The notes under the pieces were generated by a model, which ran no database searches, was not told the origin of the DNA, and saw only the letters and a program-made list of their open reading frames with translations. Positions 15,707-26,989 of a stretch of DNA of 64,000 nucleotides are shown here, piece after piece. This stretch comes from Tubiluchus corallicola (lineage: Eukaryota; Animalia; Priapulida), in assembly GCA_030141605.1 (NCBI GenBank), contig JAQGDQ010000484.1, forward strand, positions 83,452-147,451, in the 5' to 3' direction. Each line of letters opens with the position of its first letter. The stretch's first letter is position 1. The translations under genes were made by a program, and so were the position numbers.

Positions 15707-15884
15707 TGTACGATTACTTAAGACTAATGCATTTTATATCAGTTAGAAACTACTGGAAGCGTTTAGTATGTAATATAAAGTCATGTATAAATATTCCAAT
15801 GTAAACATGACTTTATATTACGTACTAAACGCTTCCAGTAGTTTCTATCTGATATAAAATGCATTAGTCTTAAATAATCGTACA
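15707..15884. mobile_element. Fold-back (near-perfect palindromic) TA-flanked MITE
   Basis: Arms of ~80 bp: TGTACGATTACTTAAGACTAATGCATTTTATATCAG... / ...CTGATATAAAATGCATTAGTCTTAAATAATCGTACA, few mismatches, short loop. Confidence 0.8.
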
Positions 15885-16087
15885 TTAATATTTTCTAACC
15901 GTCATTTTCTACTAATGTCTAATGTATTCTTGTAGTAAAACTTGTCAGCTTGTGTAGTTATAGTTTATTCTTACTGTAAATGTTCTTGTAAATAGTGTAT
16001 AAAGTCTGTTGTGGTGAGGATCCTAAATCATGTTGTTCAAACTGTCTGATCCAATCCTAAATTAATTATGTTTAAACTAAATCAATT
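15885..16087 (+). mobile_element. Dispersed repeat, probable LINE 3' UTR (second copy ~41068-41276)
   Basis: ~200 bp highly similar to 41068-41276, ending in a short AAATT-type tail. Confidence 0.7.
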
Positions 16088-16480
16088 AGTTTATTAAAAG
16101 AATTTGCATTTCATTCCAGATAAAATGTATAATTTTGGGAAATGGCGTCTCAATGCATGTCAAATATGAGGCAAAATGACGAAGGGGCATGTGCTGTGAT
16201 GATGGTGTACAAACAATAAAATATTATACTAAGCAGTACTTGATGACTTTGTTTGTTTGTCACTATAAAACCCAAACAGTCGTACAAGACATAATATTAA
16301 TGATAACAGCATGAATACTACATACTCTTCAAAACAGTAAGCAAATGCTTTACAATTTGGTCTGACTCACAAAACTGCATCAAATATCACTAAAATTCAA
16401 TGAGTTACAACATCATTAAAACTAATGAAACAAATATGTTTGAAAAACAGTAACATTCGATTATTGTCACTAACAATAAC

Positions 16481-16898
16481 AATAAGCCCTTTCACAGTTC
16501 CAGTGATTGATGATGATCATGAAAAGATCAGCGATTAATTGTACCAGACAACGCATTTGTGTACACTTGACGACATCTTGCAGCCTATGCAGTCGTAATA
16601 GTAACAGTGTTTACGGCTAACTAGAACCTCACCTAGTTCATTTTTTCTTGTGCGCAAGCAGGATTCTGCTAGTAAATCACTCTACGCATAGACTAATGCA
16701 TAATTAAGTAAAGTCCATGTAACAGAACTGACATTACTGAACTGTTGCAGCAGACGGCTTTCTTTACCACGTGTCATGTGACGGTTGTAGTTAAGATGCA
16801 TTGCTATGGTACACTCAACCTTTGAAATTTTCATGATCATCGTCAATCGCTGGAATTGTGTACAGCAAATGCGCATGAACACAGTGAAAGAGCGTATT
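16481..16898 (-). mobile_element. TIR MITE, family B copy 1
   Basis: Begins AATAAGCCCTTTCACAGTTC, ends GTGAAAGAGCGTATT; body is the reverse complement of 20590-21027 and 44541-44945. Confidence 0.75.
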
Positions 16899-17092
16899 TA
16901 TAAAAACTATTAATGTTTGGTCTGAAAAACAAGTTGTGCACCAAACAGCGTTAAAAAATCTACCAATAGCGGATATTTGATCACTGCATCAAAAAAACAG
17001 AGCACTGGTCACTGTTAATTGCACAGCAGGTATCATTTTTAAGGTCTGACTGTGCATGCATTATCATATACTCCTTTAAACTAGATGTTTGA

Positions 17093-20035
17093 TCAACGCG
17101 ACAGAAAAACAGAGCACTGGTCACTTTTAATTGTACAGCAGGTATCACTTTTAAGGTCTGTCTGTGAATGCATTATCATATGCGCCTTTAAACTAGTCGA
17201 ACAAGTGAACGTCATTTTACATTCGCTACATGGAAACTGTTTTGCCGCTTTATGAACTCTCTTATACGTCTTGAAACTAGTCGAACGCAGCGGCGTTGTG
17301 TTTTGCTGCACTGGATTGTCCTGACGTTCGCTGCTGCTCGCTGCGGAATGGACATTGTTGATGTGGAGGTGCAGGGCGCATTCACGTTTAAAACCTGCTC
17401 CGCATTCCACGCATTTGTACTGCGTGTTGCCAGCATGTATTTTCATGTGTGACCTTAAATTTATAACGTAAGAGAAGGCTGCAGTGCACTCGCTGCATTT
17501 GTAAGGTTTTTTGTGTGCGTGAGTCTTCATGTGGTAACTTAAAGCGTGTGAGTGAGTGAATGATGCAGGGCACTCTGTACATTTAAACGTTTGTTCTTCA
17601 ATATGAACACTTATGTGGCGCTTTAAATTTTCCATAGAAGCAAACTCACTATTGCAATGCTCACATCTAAATGGCTTCTCACCAGGATGAAATGTTAAGT
17701 GAGATTTTAGATCACTTGAATGAGTAAAGGCTGCGGGGCATACCTCACATTTGTATGGTTTGTGAGCGGTGTGCCTTTTCATATGACACTTTAAACTGGT
17801 GAGCTGAATAAATGCAGCTTCACATTCAGAACATTTGTATGGCTTCTCACCAGTGTGAGTTTTCAAGTGAGCTTTGAGAGTACCCGATTGACTAAAGGCT
17901 GCATCACATTCGATGCACTTGTAAGGCCGTTCACCAGTGTGAGTTCTGAAATGCAATTGCAGATTGCTAAGACAAGTAAACGAGCTCTCACATTCAGTAC
18001 ATTTAAATGGCTGCTCACTTTTAAGGTCTGTCTGTGCATGCATTATCATATGCTCCTTTAAACTAGTCGAACAAGTGAACGTCATTTTACATTCGCTACA
18101 TGGAAACTGTTTCGCCGCTTTATGAACTCTCTTATACGTCTTAAAATTAGTCGAACGCAGCGGTGTTGTGTTTTGCTGCACCGGATTGTCCTGACGTTCA
18201 CTGCTGCTCGCTGTGGAATGGACATTGTTGATGTGGAGGTGCAGGGCGCATTCACGTTTAAAACCTGCTCCGCATTCCACGCACTTGAACTGTGTGTTGC
18301 CAGCATGTATTTTCATGTGCGACTTTAAATTTATAACATAAGTGAAGGCTGCAGTGCACTCGCTGCATTTGTAAGGTTTTTTGTGTGCGTGAGTCTTCAT
18401 GTGGTAACTTAAAGCATGTGAGTGAGTGAATGATGCAGGGCACTCTGTACATTTATACGTTTGTTCTTCAATATGAACCCTTATGTGGCGCCTTAAATTT
18501 GCCATAGAAGCAAACTCACTATTGCAATGCTCACACCTAAATGGCTTCTCACCAGGATGAAAGGTCAAGTGGGATTTTAGATCACTTGAATGAGTGAAGG
18601 CTGCGGGGCATACCTCACACTTGTATGGTTTGCGAGCTGTGTGCCTTTTCATATGACACTTTAAACTGGTGAGCTGAATAAATGCAGCTTCACATTCAGA
18701 ACATTTGTATGGCTTCTCACCAGTGTGAGTTTTCAAGTGAGCTTTTAGAGTACCCGATTGACTAAAGGCTGCATCACATTCGATGCACTTGTAAGGCCGC
18801 TCACCAGTGTGAGTTCTGAAATGCGATTTCAGATTGCTAAGACAAGTAAACGAGCTCTCACATTCAGTACATTTAAATGGCCGCTCACCAGTGTGAGTTT
18901 TCATATGGTTTTTAAGACCACCTGGTTGAGTATACGCAGCGTCACATACAGTACACTTGAATGGTTTCTCGCCAGTGTGCGTCCTTTTATGGGAATCTAA
19001 ATTGCCTTGGTAAAAAAAGGCGGCTTCACAATAGTTGCACTTGTAGGGCCGCTTACCAGTATGAATGTTAGCGTGCTCCTTGAGTCTTTGCGAACTAGTG
19101 TATGCCGCATCACACAGTGTACACTTAAATGGCTTTTCGCCAGTGTGAACTCTCATGTGCTTTTTTAAATGACTAGGATACTCAAAGACGGCACCACATT
19201 CGTTGCATTTCAATGGCTCTTTGTCCCTATGCACCCGCATGTGGGATTTCAGAGCTCCCACGTGGATAAAATTAACTTCACATATTGCACATCTATACTT
19301 ATTGGTTCTGAAATTTGCCACAGCCCTGGGAACTTCTACAATGGCTGAATTATCCCACATCCCGTGTCCTACACGCGGCATTTTAGAACTTGTCCGCGGC
19401 GCATCTGTTTTACCCGACGACGAACGAAGCTTCTTTCGCGCATCTCCGCATTCTTGATAATATTTTTTCATGTCACTCTCCGACAATCTTCTTTTCCTGG
19501 GTGGTTTGTCGTCCCCACGAAGAACATGAAGCCTAACATGCTCCTCTAGATCGGCCAGCTGACCGAACAAGACTTCGCAATGGTCACACTTGTAAGGTCG
19601 ATCTTCAGCATGAGTCATCATGTGATATTTTAACTTGCCCGATGAAGTGAATGTTACCTCACACTCACAACATTTAAACTGTCGCTCGCTTTTTAAAGCT
19701 CTCTTGTACGTTTTGACGCTAGGATTTTGCGATTGAGCTACACCAAGTTCCCGACTGCTATGAGTTTTAGACGAACCCTTTTCATCGCTTGAGGAATCAA
19801 CAAATGAATTACTGTTATGCAGAAAACATTGTTCTTGTTTAAAACATGAAATTGGTGAAACAGCTTTGTCCACTCGCTCGGTCTTTACCGCAAATTCGTC
19901 GAGACCACCAACAACAACTGAAGAATGGTTTCCGTAACAATCCGTGTCGGACTGTTCGTGTTGCGCACTTTGTTCGTAGGTCACATAATCATCGGGTTCG
20001 GTTTTTATACTTGTTACTGATACCTCATTAGCCAT
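17093..20035 (-). CDS. Tandem C2H2 zinc-finger protein, 25 fingers, ~980 aa, single coding exon
   Basis: Repeated C-x2-C-x12-H-x3-H with TGEKPY/F linkers; IKTEP motif near the N-terminus; likely start GCCATGG at 20035 with a CAG acceptor 14 nt upstream. Confidence 0.93.
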   Translation of the reverse strand: MANEVSVTSIKTEPDDYVTYEQSAQHEQSDTDCYGNHSSVVVGGLDEFAVKTERVDKAVSPISCFKQEQCFLHNSNSFVDSSSDEKGSSKTHSSRELGVAQSQNPSVKTYKRALKSERQFKCCECEVTFTSSGKLKYHMMTHAEDRPYKCDHCEVLFGQLADLEEHVRLHVLRGDDKPPRKRRLSESDMKKYYQECGDARKKLRSSSGKTDAPRTSSKMPRVGHGMWDNSAIVEVPRAVANFRTNKYRCAICEVNFIHVGALKSHMRVHRDKEPLKCNECGAVFEYPSHLKKHMRVHTGEKPFKCTLCDAAYTSSQRLKEHANIHTGKRPYKCNYCEAAFFYQGNLDSHKRTHTGEKPFKCTVCDAAYTQPGGLKNHMKTHTGERPFKCTECESSFTCLSNLKSHFRTHTGERPYKCIECDAAFSQSGTLKAHLKTHTGEKPYKCSECEAAFIQLTSLKCHMKRHTARKPYKCEVCPAAFTHSSDLKSHLTFHPGEKPFRCEHCNSEFASMANLRRHIRVHIEEQTYKCTECPASFTHSHALSYHMKTHAHKKPYKCSECTAAFTYVINLKSHMKIHAGNTQFKCVECGAGFKRECALHLHINNVHSTASSSERQDNPVQQNTTPLRSTNFKTYKRVHKAAKQFPCSECKMTFTCSTSLKEHMIMHAQTDLKSEQPFKCTECESSFTCLSNLQLHFRTHTGERPYKCIECDAAFSQSGTLKAHLKTHTGEKPYKCSECEAAFIQLTSLKCHMKRHTAHKPYKCEVCPAAFTHSSDLKSHLTFHPGEKPFRCEHCNSEFASMENLKRHISVHIEEQTFKCTECPASFTHSHALSYHMKTHAHKKPYKCSECTAAFSYVINLRSHMKIHAGNTQYKCVECGAGFKRECALHLHINNVHSAASSSERQDNPVQQNTTPLRSTSFKTYKRVHKAAKQFPCSECKMTFTCSTSLKAHMIMHSQTDLKSDTCCTIKSDQCSVFLSR
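17145..18888 (-). repeat. 870-bp in-frame tandem duplication within the ZNF CDS
   Basis: 17145-18014 and 18015-18884 nearly identical; TCAC present at 17145, 18015 and 18885. Confidence 0.93.
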
Positions 20036-20589
20036 GGCGATTTTTGTTCCTGCACGCAGTGATAAAAAACATGAATGTTCAATTGTTACTGATGAGTTCA
20101 TATATTCAACAAGATCATGGTAAAGACCCAGGACCAAATGAAACGTTATGCTATCAGTTTAAAGAGAGGGTTAGGGTTAGGATTAGGGCATCCAACATAG
20201 ATCTGTTAAAGCATTAAGAGAAGCTGAATGATGGCAATCCTTGAATTCAAAACAGCATCAATACCGTGGTTTTTCCAGAGGTTTTTAAAATGATTTCTAG
20301 ATATTAGTCTTGAGTTTCAATGTTAACTTCTCCTGAAAAATATAAAAAATAGTGTTTCCGAAAAGACGAGAACAATGTGACATTACAAGAAAGAATAAAT
20401 AGTAATAGATGATAAGTACGTTAATTTCGAGTCCGAGACACATCTACTGGTTCAGTGTCTCATTTTAATATTTAACCAACCAGTTTCCAGTTTACAACTA
20501 TCCAGCTCTGCCACTGAATGCTGGACACCACATAGTTGGGTGACAAACTGTATCATGAGAAAGTAACTATGCATCAAATGCAAACCACT

Positions 20590-21027
20590 AATGAGCCTTT
20601 TCACAGTTCTGTTGTGAATACGTGCATTTGCTGTAGGTCAAAGGTTAAGCGTAAACTCACTTTACCTTAACTCTTGCAGTATATTTCAATGCAATTTCTG
20701 CACATGTTTGCAACCTGCTTTTGTTGCGCAACTCAGACGAAGGAGGAGGCAAGACGAAAGGACAGCTAAATGGCCGTCACGCGGGGGATGCCCGATCCTT
20801 GATTGACATTTTGCAATCTACGTATTATGTATTAGTCTGTGTGTAGCAGGATCTTCCCTAGAAACAAGAAAAATGAGCTAGGTAAGGTTATAGGTAGCTG
20901 TTAAACCTGTTACTATAGCATGGGCTGCGAGGCGTTGTCAATTGTACACAAATGCGTTGTCTGGTTCACGTAACCTTTGACCTTTTCGCAATCATCATCA
21001 AACGCTAGAACTGTGAAAAGGCTCATT
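20590..21027 (+). mobile_element. TIR MITE, family B copy 2
   Basis: Perfect 21-bp TIR AATGAGCCTTTTCACAGTTCT / AGAACTGTGAAAAGGCTCATT. Confidence 0.85.
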
Positions 21028-21829
21028 GTATTATTTGCATATAATTTTTGCAAGTTGTGCAATCACAACTTGCAATGCTTTTTTAACACCTCCCTAGATG
21101 GCGACAAAAACATCACTCAGTCACCACAACAATGCCGACTTTATCAATGCCCAGTCTGCACCCTGTTGTTACGGGTGGCAGCAGGACACTGAGCAGGCAT
21201 TTTGTTCCAGCTAAGCTGTGTCCTACTTAAACTTTCCTACTTTTCTCAGGGAGTTTTTGGTTCCAAATTAGTATTTGTGATTTTGTGTTCTAGATTTGTA
21301 TTGGATGCTTTGAGAAACAGAGTTTGAAAAAGAATGAACATTTTTCACTACATATTTTTGTTCAATTTGCAATTTACTTTTACAAGTTTGCATGACCAGC
21401 ATGTAGAAAATTTTGTGATTACTAAAGCGTGCTGTTTCATACTACATTCTGATTAAATAAGACATGGAATTTCTTTAAAGCTTATAGATACATATACTCC
21501 TCTTACCACAGTAAAATCTGATTGTTTTATAGGTGGTACTTCCGAATTTCTCAATTCTAAGTTTTTTTGTTATGAGATGCTGGATTGTGGTCCATCCAAG
21601 TTTTTCTGTGCACGTCAAAATAGGATATCAGTAATAATTATATGCTGTTTTCTTACAGCGGATATCGGCGAGCAACAAAGTGTCTGTTTCAGAGATTAAT
21701 TACACAATTTCCACAAATTTACTTTACTTCAAAATCACGCTATATAGATTATTCAATGTATCGGGACTTTTTTTACAGTTTTCTCGTGTTTTATTACAAT
21801 TTTAACTGCAATACTCCATTGCTGCTAGT

Positions 21830-21915
21830 AGCTACTATATGAAAACTATTACCAAAAGAGGTCAGACGAGCTTTTAGTGCACAGACATTGAAAAGTAAAC
21901 TAAAAATGCAAGTAG
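21830..21915 (+). mobile_element. Possible LINE ORF2 C-terminal remnant
   Basis: Reads VATI*KLLPKEVRRAFSAQTLKSKLKM, like the WN.LP..VR.A.S...FK..LK tail of CR1/L2 ORF2. Confidence 0.4.
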
Positions 21916-22107
21916 CACTATGGAAAACCTTAAGATCGTAAGCTAACTCAGGCCACGTCTTTTTCACCACGACCAGTACCTTACCTAAAGCTGAAACAAC
22001 AAAATTAATGTAGCGGTGGTGTGTGTTACGTCCGGCGTTGAGCGGTTGACCTAGGTGGACCAAGAAAATCGCCATGCCCTATAGCTCATAAACGACCTAG
22101 TATGTTT

Positions 22108-22484
22108 TAGGGATGATCATCGAACGTTCGAATTCGAACGAGTTTTTTTAGTTGAAATTCTATTCGAATGCGAAATGAAAAATTCGAATAATTCAACAAT
22201 TCAACCACATTCATTTCTTATCATTAAGATGTTTAAAATTTCATGCAATTAGCACAATTTAGCCTCTGATTGATTTGCACAATTTTTGAATAAATGATTA
22301 GTGATTTTACTGCAGAAAAAATTGAATAATATACATGATCTCTGCTAGACCGCTTTTTACTGATTGTTTGAAAACTTGCTCAAAAATCTTTGAAAGAGAA
22401 TTCGAGTTCGTTTCGAATTCAAAACGGAAGTCACAAATTCGATTACATTCCAATTCGCTTTCTGGTAGAGAATGCTCAGGTCTA
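22108..22484 (+). mobile_element. hAT-type MITE, family A copy 3 (diverged)
   Basis: TAGGGATGATCAT ... ATGCTCAGGTCTA; 8-bp TSD gtatgttt/gtgtgttt; body homologous to 4611-5035. Confidence 0.82.
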
Positions 22485-24534
22485 GTGTGTTTGTCATTTA
22501 CTGAAGTTAGATTACTCACGATACTGCAGTCACGACTGCAGCTTCAATGTGAATGGCTCACATAGCATGCAGGGCATGCGAACAAACAACTGTACCTCTT
22601 TAATTCGTTTCAACCCTTTTTATGCAAAAGGGCCCAAAAAATCAACCAATATGATGTGAAAGGAGAAGCTGGGTTAACTCGAACTGAGGGCAGATCAGAC
22701 ATTTTTCTGCATGCATAGTACCCCTAAATCTGAGACATACATGATACAGTGTCATTCAAGCAGGGTTCTGCTGCAGAAGGTGTTTAGCCTCTAGGTAGAT
22801 CGAGTTTTAAATTCTATTATCGAAAATGATAGTCATATGGGCAAAGTTCGTGCAGTTGACTTACTTTAGCTTTTCTTTTGGTTGAAGAGACTTATTTATT
22901 TATTATGCTGTAAGAAGTGATTTCAATCTTAATCAGTAATCAGACAACCTTAATACATGTTCAAATGTGTGCATGTGCGATGTTCTTATTTGAATGTGCT
23001 TACTCAAAAATTCGTTCTCCACCACCACATGCAAATTTAATCATCACTCGTTTTTGGAAATTTAGACAGACAATCTGATGTCAGATTCTAATAATTTCCT
23101 GTACAAAAGTCTTTGAAAACGGTTAGTTTATTTTCGTTGTCTAAATGTTATTATTGTTATTGTAAGATAATAATTGTTCAGAATTATCATCATTTCCCTA
23201 GTTCATCACGCGTAAGTACACGCTGGTCAGAAAGAGCGTTATAAGAAAATGTTGGGAATTACAATTAATTTTGATAATTTCCCATGTTGCTGAGCATCGA
23301 TCCTTGTTTACTGGTGTGAGTCTTTTATTTTAGAATTCTGAAATTCTACAATAGACGTAACAGGTAAATGTTGATGATGTTTGGATTTCTGCCATGTTTA
23401 CATGTTTTGAGGGCAGTTTTTCATTTTACACTTTTGCCTGTCCAATGTCTACAGTAGACGTAATTGTCATTATGATGATGATGACGTGCTTTGCATTACG
23501 CTGTTGTTTCTGTCGTTTCAAAAGCACTCAGGAGCTCATGTTTTTATTTGCCGCTGCACATACCGACTTTAATCAAAGATTTATCACATCGTGATGATTT
23601 TAAACGGAAGAGGTGCTGACAAGCCGCTGGCGTAGCAGTGTATTATTAGTTACTACTGTGTTTACCTGTCTTGAAGGCGGATTTTTTTAGTTATTTAGCA
23701 GAATTCTGTGTGTCCAGTGACTACAATTGACGCTACGGGCATAATTATGATGATTATTTTATGTATTCGCAAATATTCATTATTATTATAAAAGAATAAT
23801 ACTTACTGTCTATTTGCTCAGATAAAATTTCTCGGTTAATTATAGACGTGACATACAGCTTGGTTGTTTTTGCTCACTTAGTACCATGAGCTTTGAAACT
23901 CACAATTTCATGAGTACTGAGGTTTGGTGAGTGATATTTGCAGAAGTTCAAAATTTCGGCTGTAAGTTCCGGTCGTTTATTAATCAGGTAATTAATATAT
24001 AAGGTGTTCAGCCAGCTAAGCTTCCCACAATAACCACATTTATTTTTTCAAATGTTTTTGTTTTTAAGAGTTTTATTGAGTGTTTGCAGTCGAGCAAACA
24101 AGTACTCGATAATTGCTGAGATTATAGGACGATCATCCATCCATTAATTAAGCTTATCATCAGGAAGACGAATGCGGCCGGAAATTGTCAGGGAAGTTCG
24201 GCCTTCTCTAACTCATATTATATTTTTGAAAACTTACATTCAGCCACTTGAAGTGCTGGTCAATAAACCTTCGTCTTTTGCGGAGTTAATTTTTCTAATA
24301 TTTATAATAATTATAATTATCAGATATTATTCTTATGGCTGTTAATGAATTCTGTTCATTGATTAACTTGTCTATCTTCCTCAGCAATATGCAGTACTCT
24401 GTGTCAGCTGTAATACACTGTACAGTTCTTCTTATAATCATGGTGAAATGAATTATTACATCCTAAACAAATAATTATTGAAAACTTTCTGATGTGAGTC
24501 GTAATATGGTTTCAAAATGTAAGATTTTTATTTA

Positions 24535-24998
24535 CAGTCAACCTCAGGTATAAGGTACTCGCTTATAAGGGACCACCAACAGTGGTCCTGATTTTTTGTA
24601 ACGTTTTTCCTATGTAAAAATCTTTGTATATAATTTACTTTCGGTTATAAGGGATGATATCTTCAGGTCCCGCGTAATAGAAACCCAGGTAAATTACCTC
24701 GCATATAAGAGACTATATAATCAAAACGAAATTGATCGATTTTTAACCTCAATTTTCCACAAACTCGGCCTTCGAACAGCTCGGTTTCCGCGGTCACATA
24801 CATCTCGCGTCACTGAAGGAGCTTCCTACATACCGTTTGCACTGAACGTGTAGTAATAATCCATAAAAATATGGGTAAAGTACAGAAAAGTACGGGTCTA
24901 GATACACCCTCGGTCTGACTCAATTCGGCTACAAGGGACATCGGATATAAGGGACGTTTTTTTGGTCTCAACGTGTCTCTTTTATCCGAGTTTGACTG
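24535..24998. mobile_element. Tc1/mariner (pogo/Tigger-like) MITE
   Basis: TA|CAGTCAA.CTC ... GAG.TTGACTG|TA termini with repeated TATAAGGGAC subterminal motifs. Confidence 0.8.
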
Positions 24999-25678
24999 TA
25001 TTTGAAATATTAAACTGTCAACTTCATGTGCGTAACCACCTAGTTACAATACAATATAGCAATTCGAGCAAAGTAATTAGAGGATATACATACGTTATTA
25101 GCCCAAATCATGAAAAATTGTAAACGACAATATCTTATCAACTTATCATGACACGTCTTCACTTCACAGTGAGCCTTTGACCCAGATCAAATTGATCACG
25201 TGATTAGGCCAAAAATCGCCACAAGGTGGCCAAAGCCGACAACAAGCGAAGGCTGCTAAGTACGCTAATGCAAGATTTCTAGTACAGTAATTTTTCAGTT
25301 TTATTTAGACTACTGATACGGAATAATAATATTAAAATTCAGTAAGACGTTGCTTCTTGATACTGGCCATAGTACGAGACGGCTCAAGTGAGTGTCCTAA
25401 AGGTACAAGGGACAATCACTTTTGCAAGGTGGTCACCCTACGAACATTCCACATGGTAAGACGATTATTCCAACGGAACATTCTACAATGTTCTATTTAA
25501 TTCTAATAGATGCCAGGATCTCCACAACATGGAACAACTCCAAATTGATCAAACTTGTTTTTATTAATCATTAAATAGTAAATATTCATTTTATTTATGT
25601 CATACCCTAGAACGTGTACCTTAAGACATTAACTTATTTATTTTTCAGCTTTCTCGGATCATTTCATAAACTATAACA

Positions 25679-26989
25679 ATGAATGATATTGTGTTGAGAC
25701 TGCTTCCAATGGTACTTGGAGTTGCATTAGTGAACGCACGTTTGCTAATTAAATTCCGTGAAAATGAGAACAGAGCTTACATCACCAAGTTGTTGCAGGA
25801 TAGAGCTGATGCGTTGTCGTCGTTCAGAAATGCTTCTGGCACAAGTAACGAGATTCCGGATTTTCTGGGTTTTGAAGTTCCCCCGGGAAATGTTAAACAA
25901 GCGCTCAAGTTTCACCGTCCGATAAACGACCATCGCCGTGTTTGTTATTATTCGGATAACACCGATGATCTCCCTGCGGAAAAGCTTGTTCCTGAACTGT
26001 GCACGCACTTGATATTCGCCTTTGTTATTCAAGTTAATGGAACAGTTCAGGTTAAGGATGAGGAACAAGCGAAGAGGCTGAAAGCTTTTATGTCATTAAA
26101 GAAGCAACATTCAGACGTTGTTTTCATGACAAGTATAGGCACATCCATGGCAGAGGTGGTTCCAACGGAAGACACGCGTCGGCGATTTGCTGAAAGTGCT
26201 GCACAATTTCTGCGACAAAATGGGTTGGACGGTTTAGACCTCGATTGGGAATTCCCGGCAAGTGGAGGGAAGGCCGAGGAGAAACATCAGTTTACCCTCC
26301 TTCTGGAGGAGATTACCAAAGCATTCGCCACTGATGCGAAGTATCATAGTCCACGTCTTTTGCTTACAGCTGCCATTGCGGCACCAAAGGAATTGATACA
26401 CAGCTGCTACGAACCTGCACAGATGGCGCTGTATGTTGATTTCATCAATCTCATGTCATATGACTACCACTTTTACTCGTGGTACGACAGATTGACAAAT
26501 AATCACAGTCCGCTGTTCAGCAGAAAACTGGAATTTTTCTACTTCGGAACGGAGAACACGGCATGGTCGGCAAATGAGTGGAACAAACTGGGTATGCCAA
26601 AAGAGAAAATAAACATCGGCATCCCTTGCTACGCCAGGACGTTTGAACTGATGTTTGCCAGTTGGCATTGGTTTTACTCTCCGGCAACTGGACCGGGTCA
26701 ACCGGGCAATGGATGGCTCCATACGGATGAGATATGTCAGCTGTTGAACGCATCTGCCGTGGAGGTATTCGACGAAGAAGATCAAGCATCTTATCTTTAT
26801 GCAGACAAATTGTGGGCGGGGTATAATAACGAGCGAAGCGTGGAGAAAAAATGTGAATGGCTAAAGCAGGAGGGTTACGGTGGAGCGATGACATGGAACC
26901 TAAACACGGACGACTGGCAAGGTCACTGCGACGGTGTCACGACATTTCCTCTGCATCGAGCGATGAAGAAAGTTTTGTCTGACGTTTGA
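25679..26989 (+). CDS. GH18 chitinase, secreted, no chitin-binding domain, single coding exon, 436 aa
   Basis: Signal peptide; VCYY, LCTHLIFAF, catalytic DGLDLDWEFP (DxxDxDxE intact), INLMSYD, GYGGAMTW; TTTTCAG acceptor ~30 nt upstream. Confidence 0.95.
   Translation: MNDIVLRLLPMVLGVALVNARLLIKFRENENRAYITKLLQDRADALSSFRNASGTSNEIPDFLGFEVPPGNVKQALKFHRPINDHRRVCYYSDNTDDLPAEKLVPELCTHLIFAFVIQVNGTVQVKDEEQAKRLKAFMSLKKQHSDVVFMTSIGTSMAEVVPTEDTRRRFAESAAQFLRQNGLDGLDLDWEFPASGGKAEEKHQFTLLLEEITKAFATDAKYHSPRLLLTAAIAAPKELIHSCYEPAQMALYVDFINLMSYDYHFYSWYDRLTNNHSPLFSRKLEFFYFGTENTAWSANEWNKLGMPKEKINIGIPCYARTFELMFASWHWFYSPATGPGQPGNGWLHTDEICQLLNASAVEVFDEEDQASYLYADKLWAGYNNERSVEKKCEWLKQEGYGGAMTWNLNTDDWQGHCDGVTTFPLHRAMKKVLSDV

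Noticed and set aside
20036-20137. N-terminal extension of the ZNF ORF to 20137
   Set aside because: Non-ATG start that crosses a splice acceptor; GCCATGG at 20035 is the better start.
20166-20190. TTAGGG-like tract as a telomere (also 48475-48545)
   Set aside because: Only a few degenerate units, internal, one within an inverted-repeat element.
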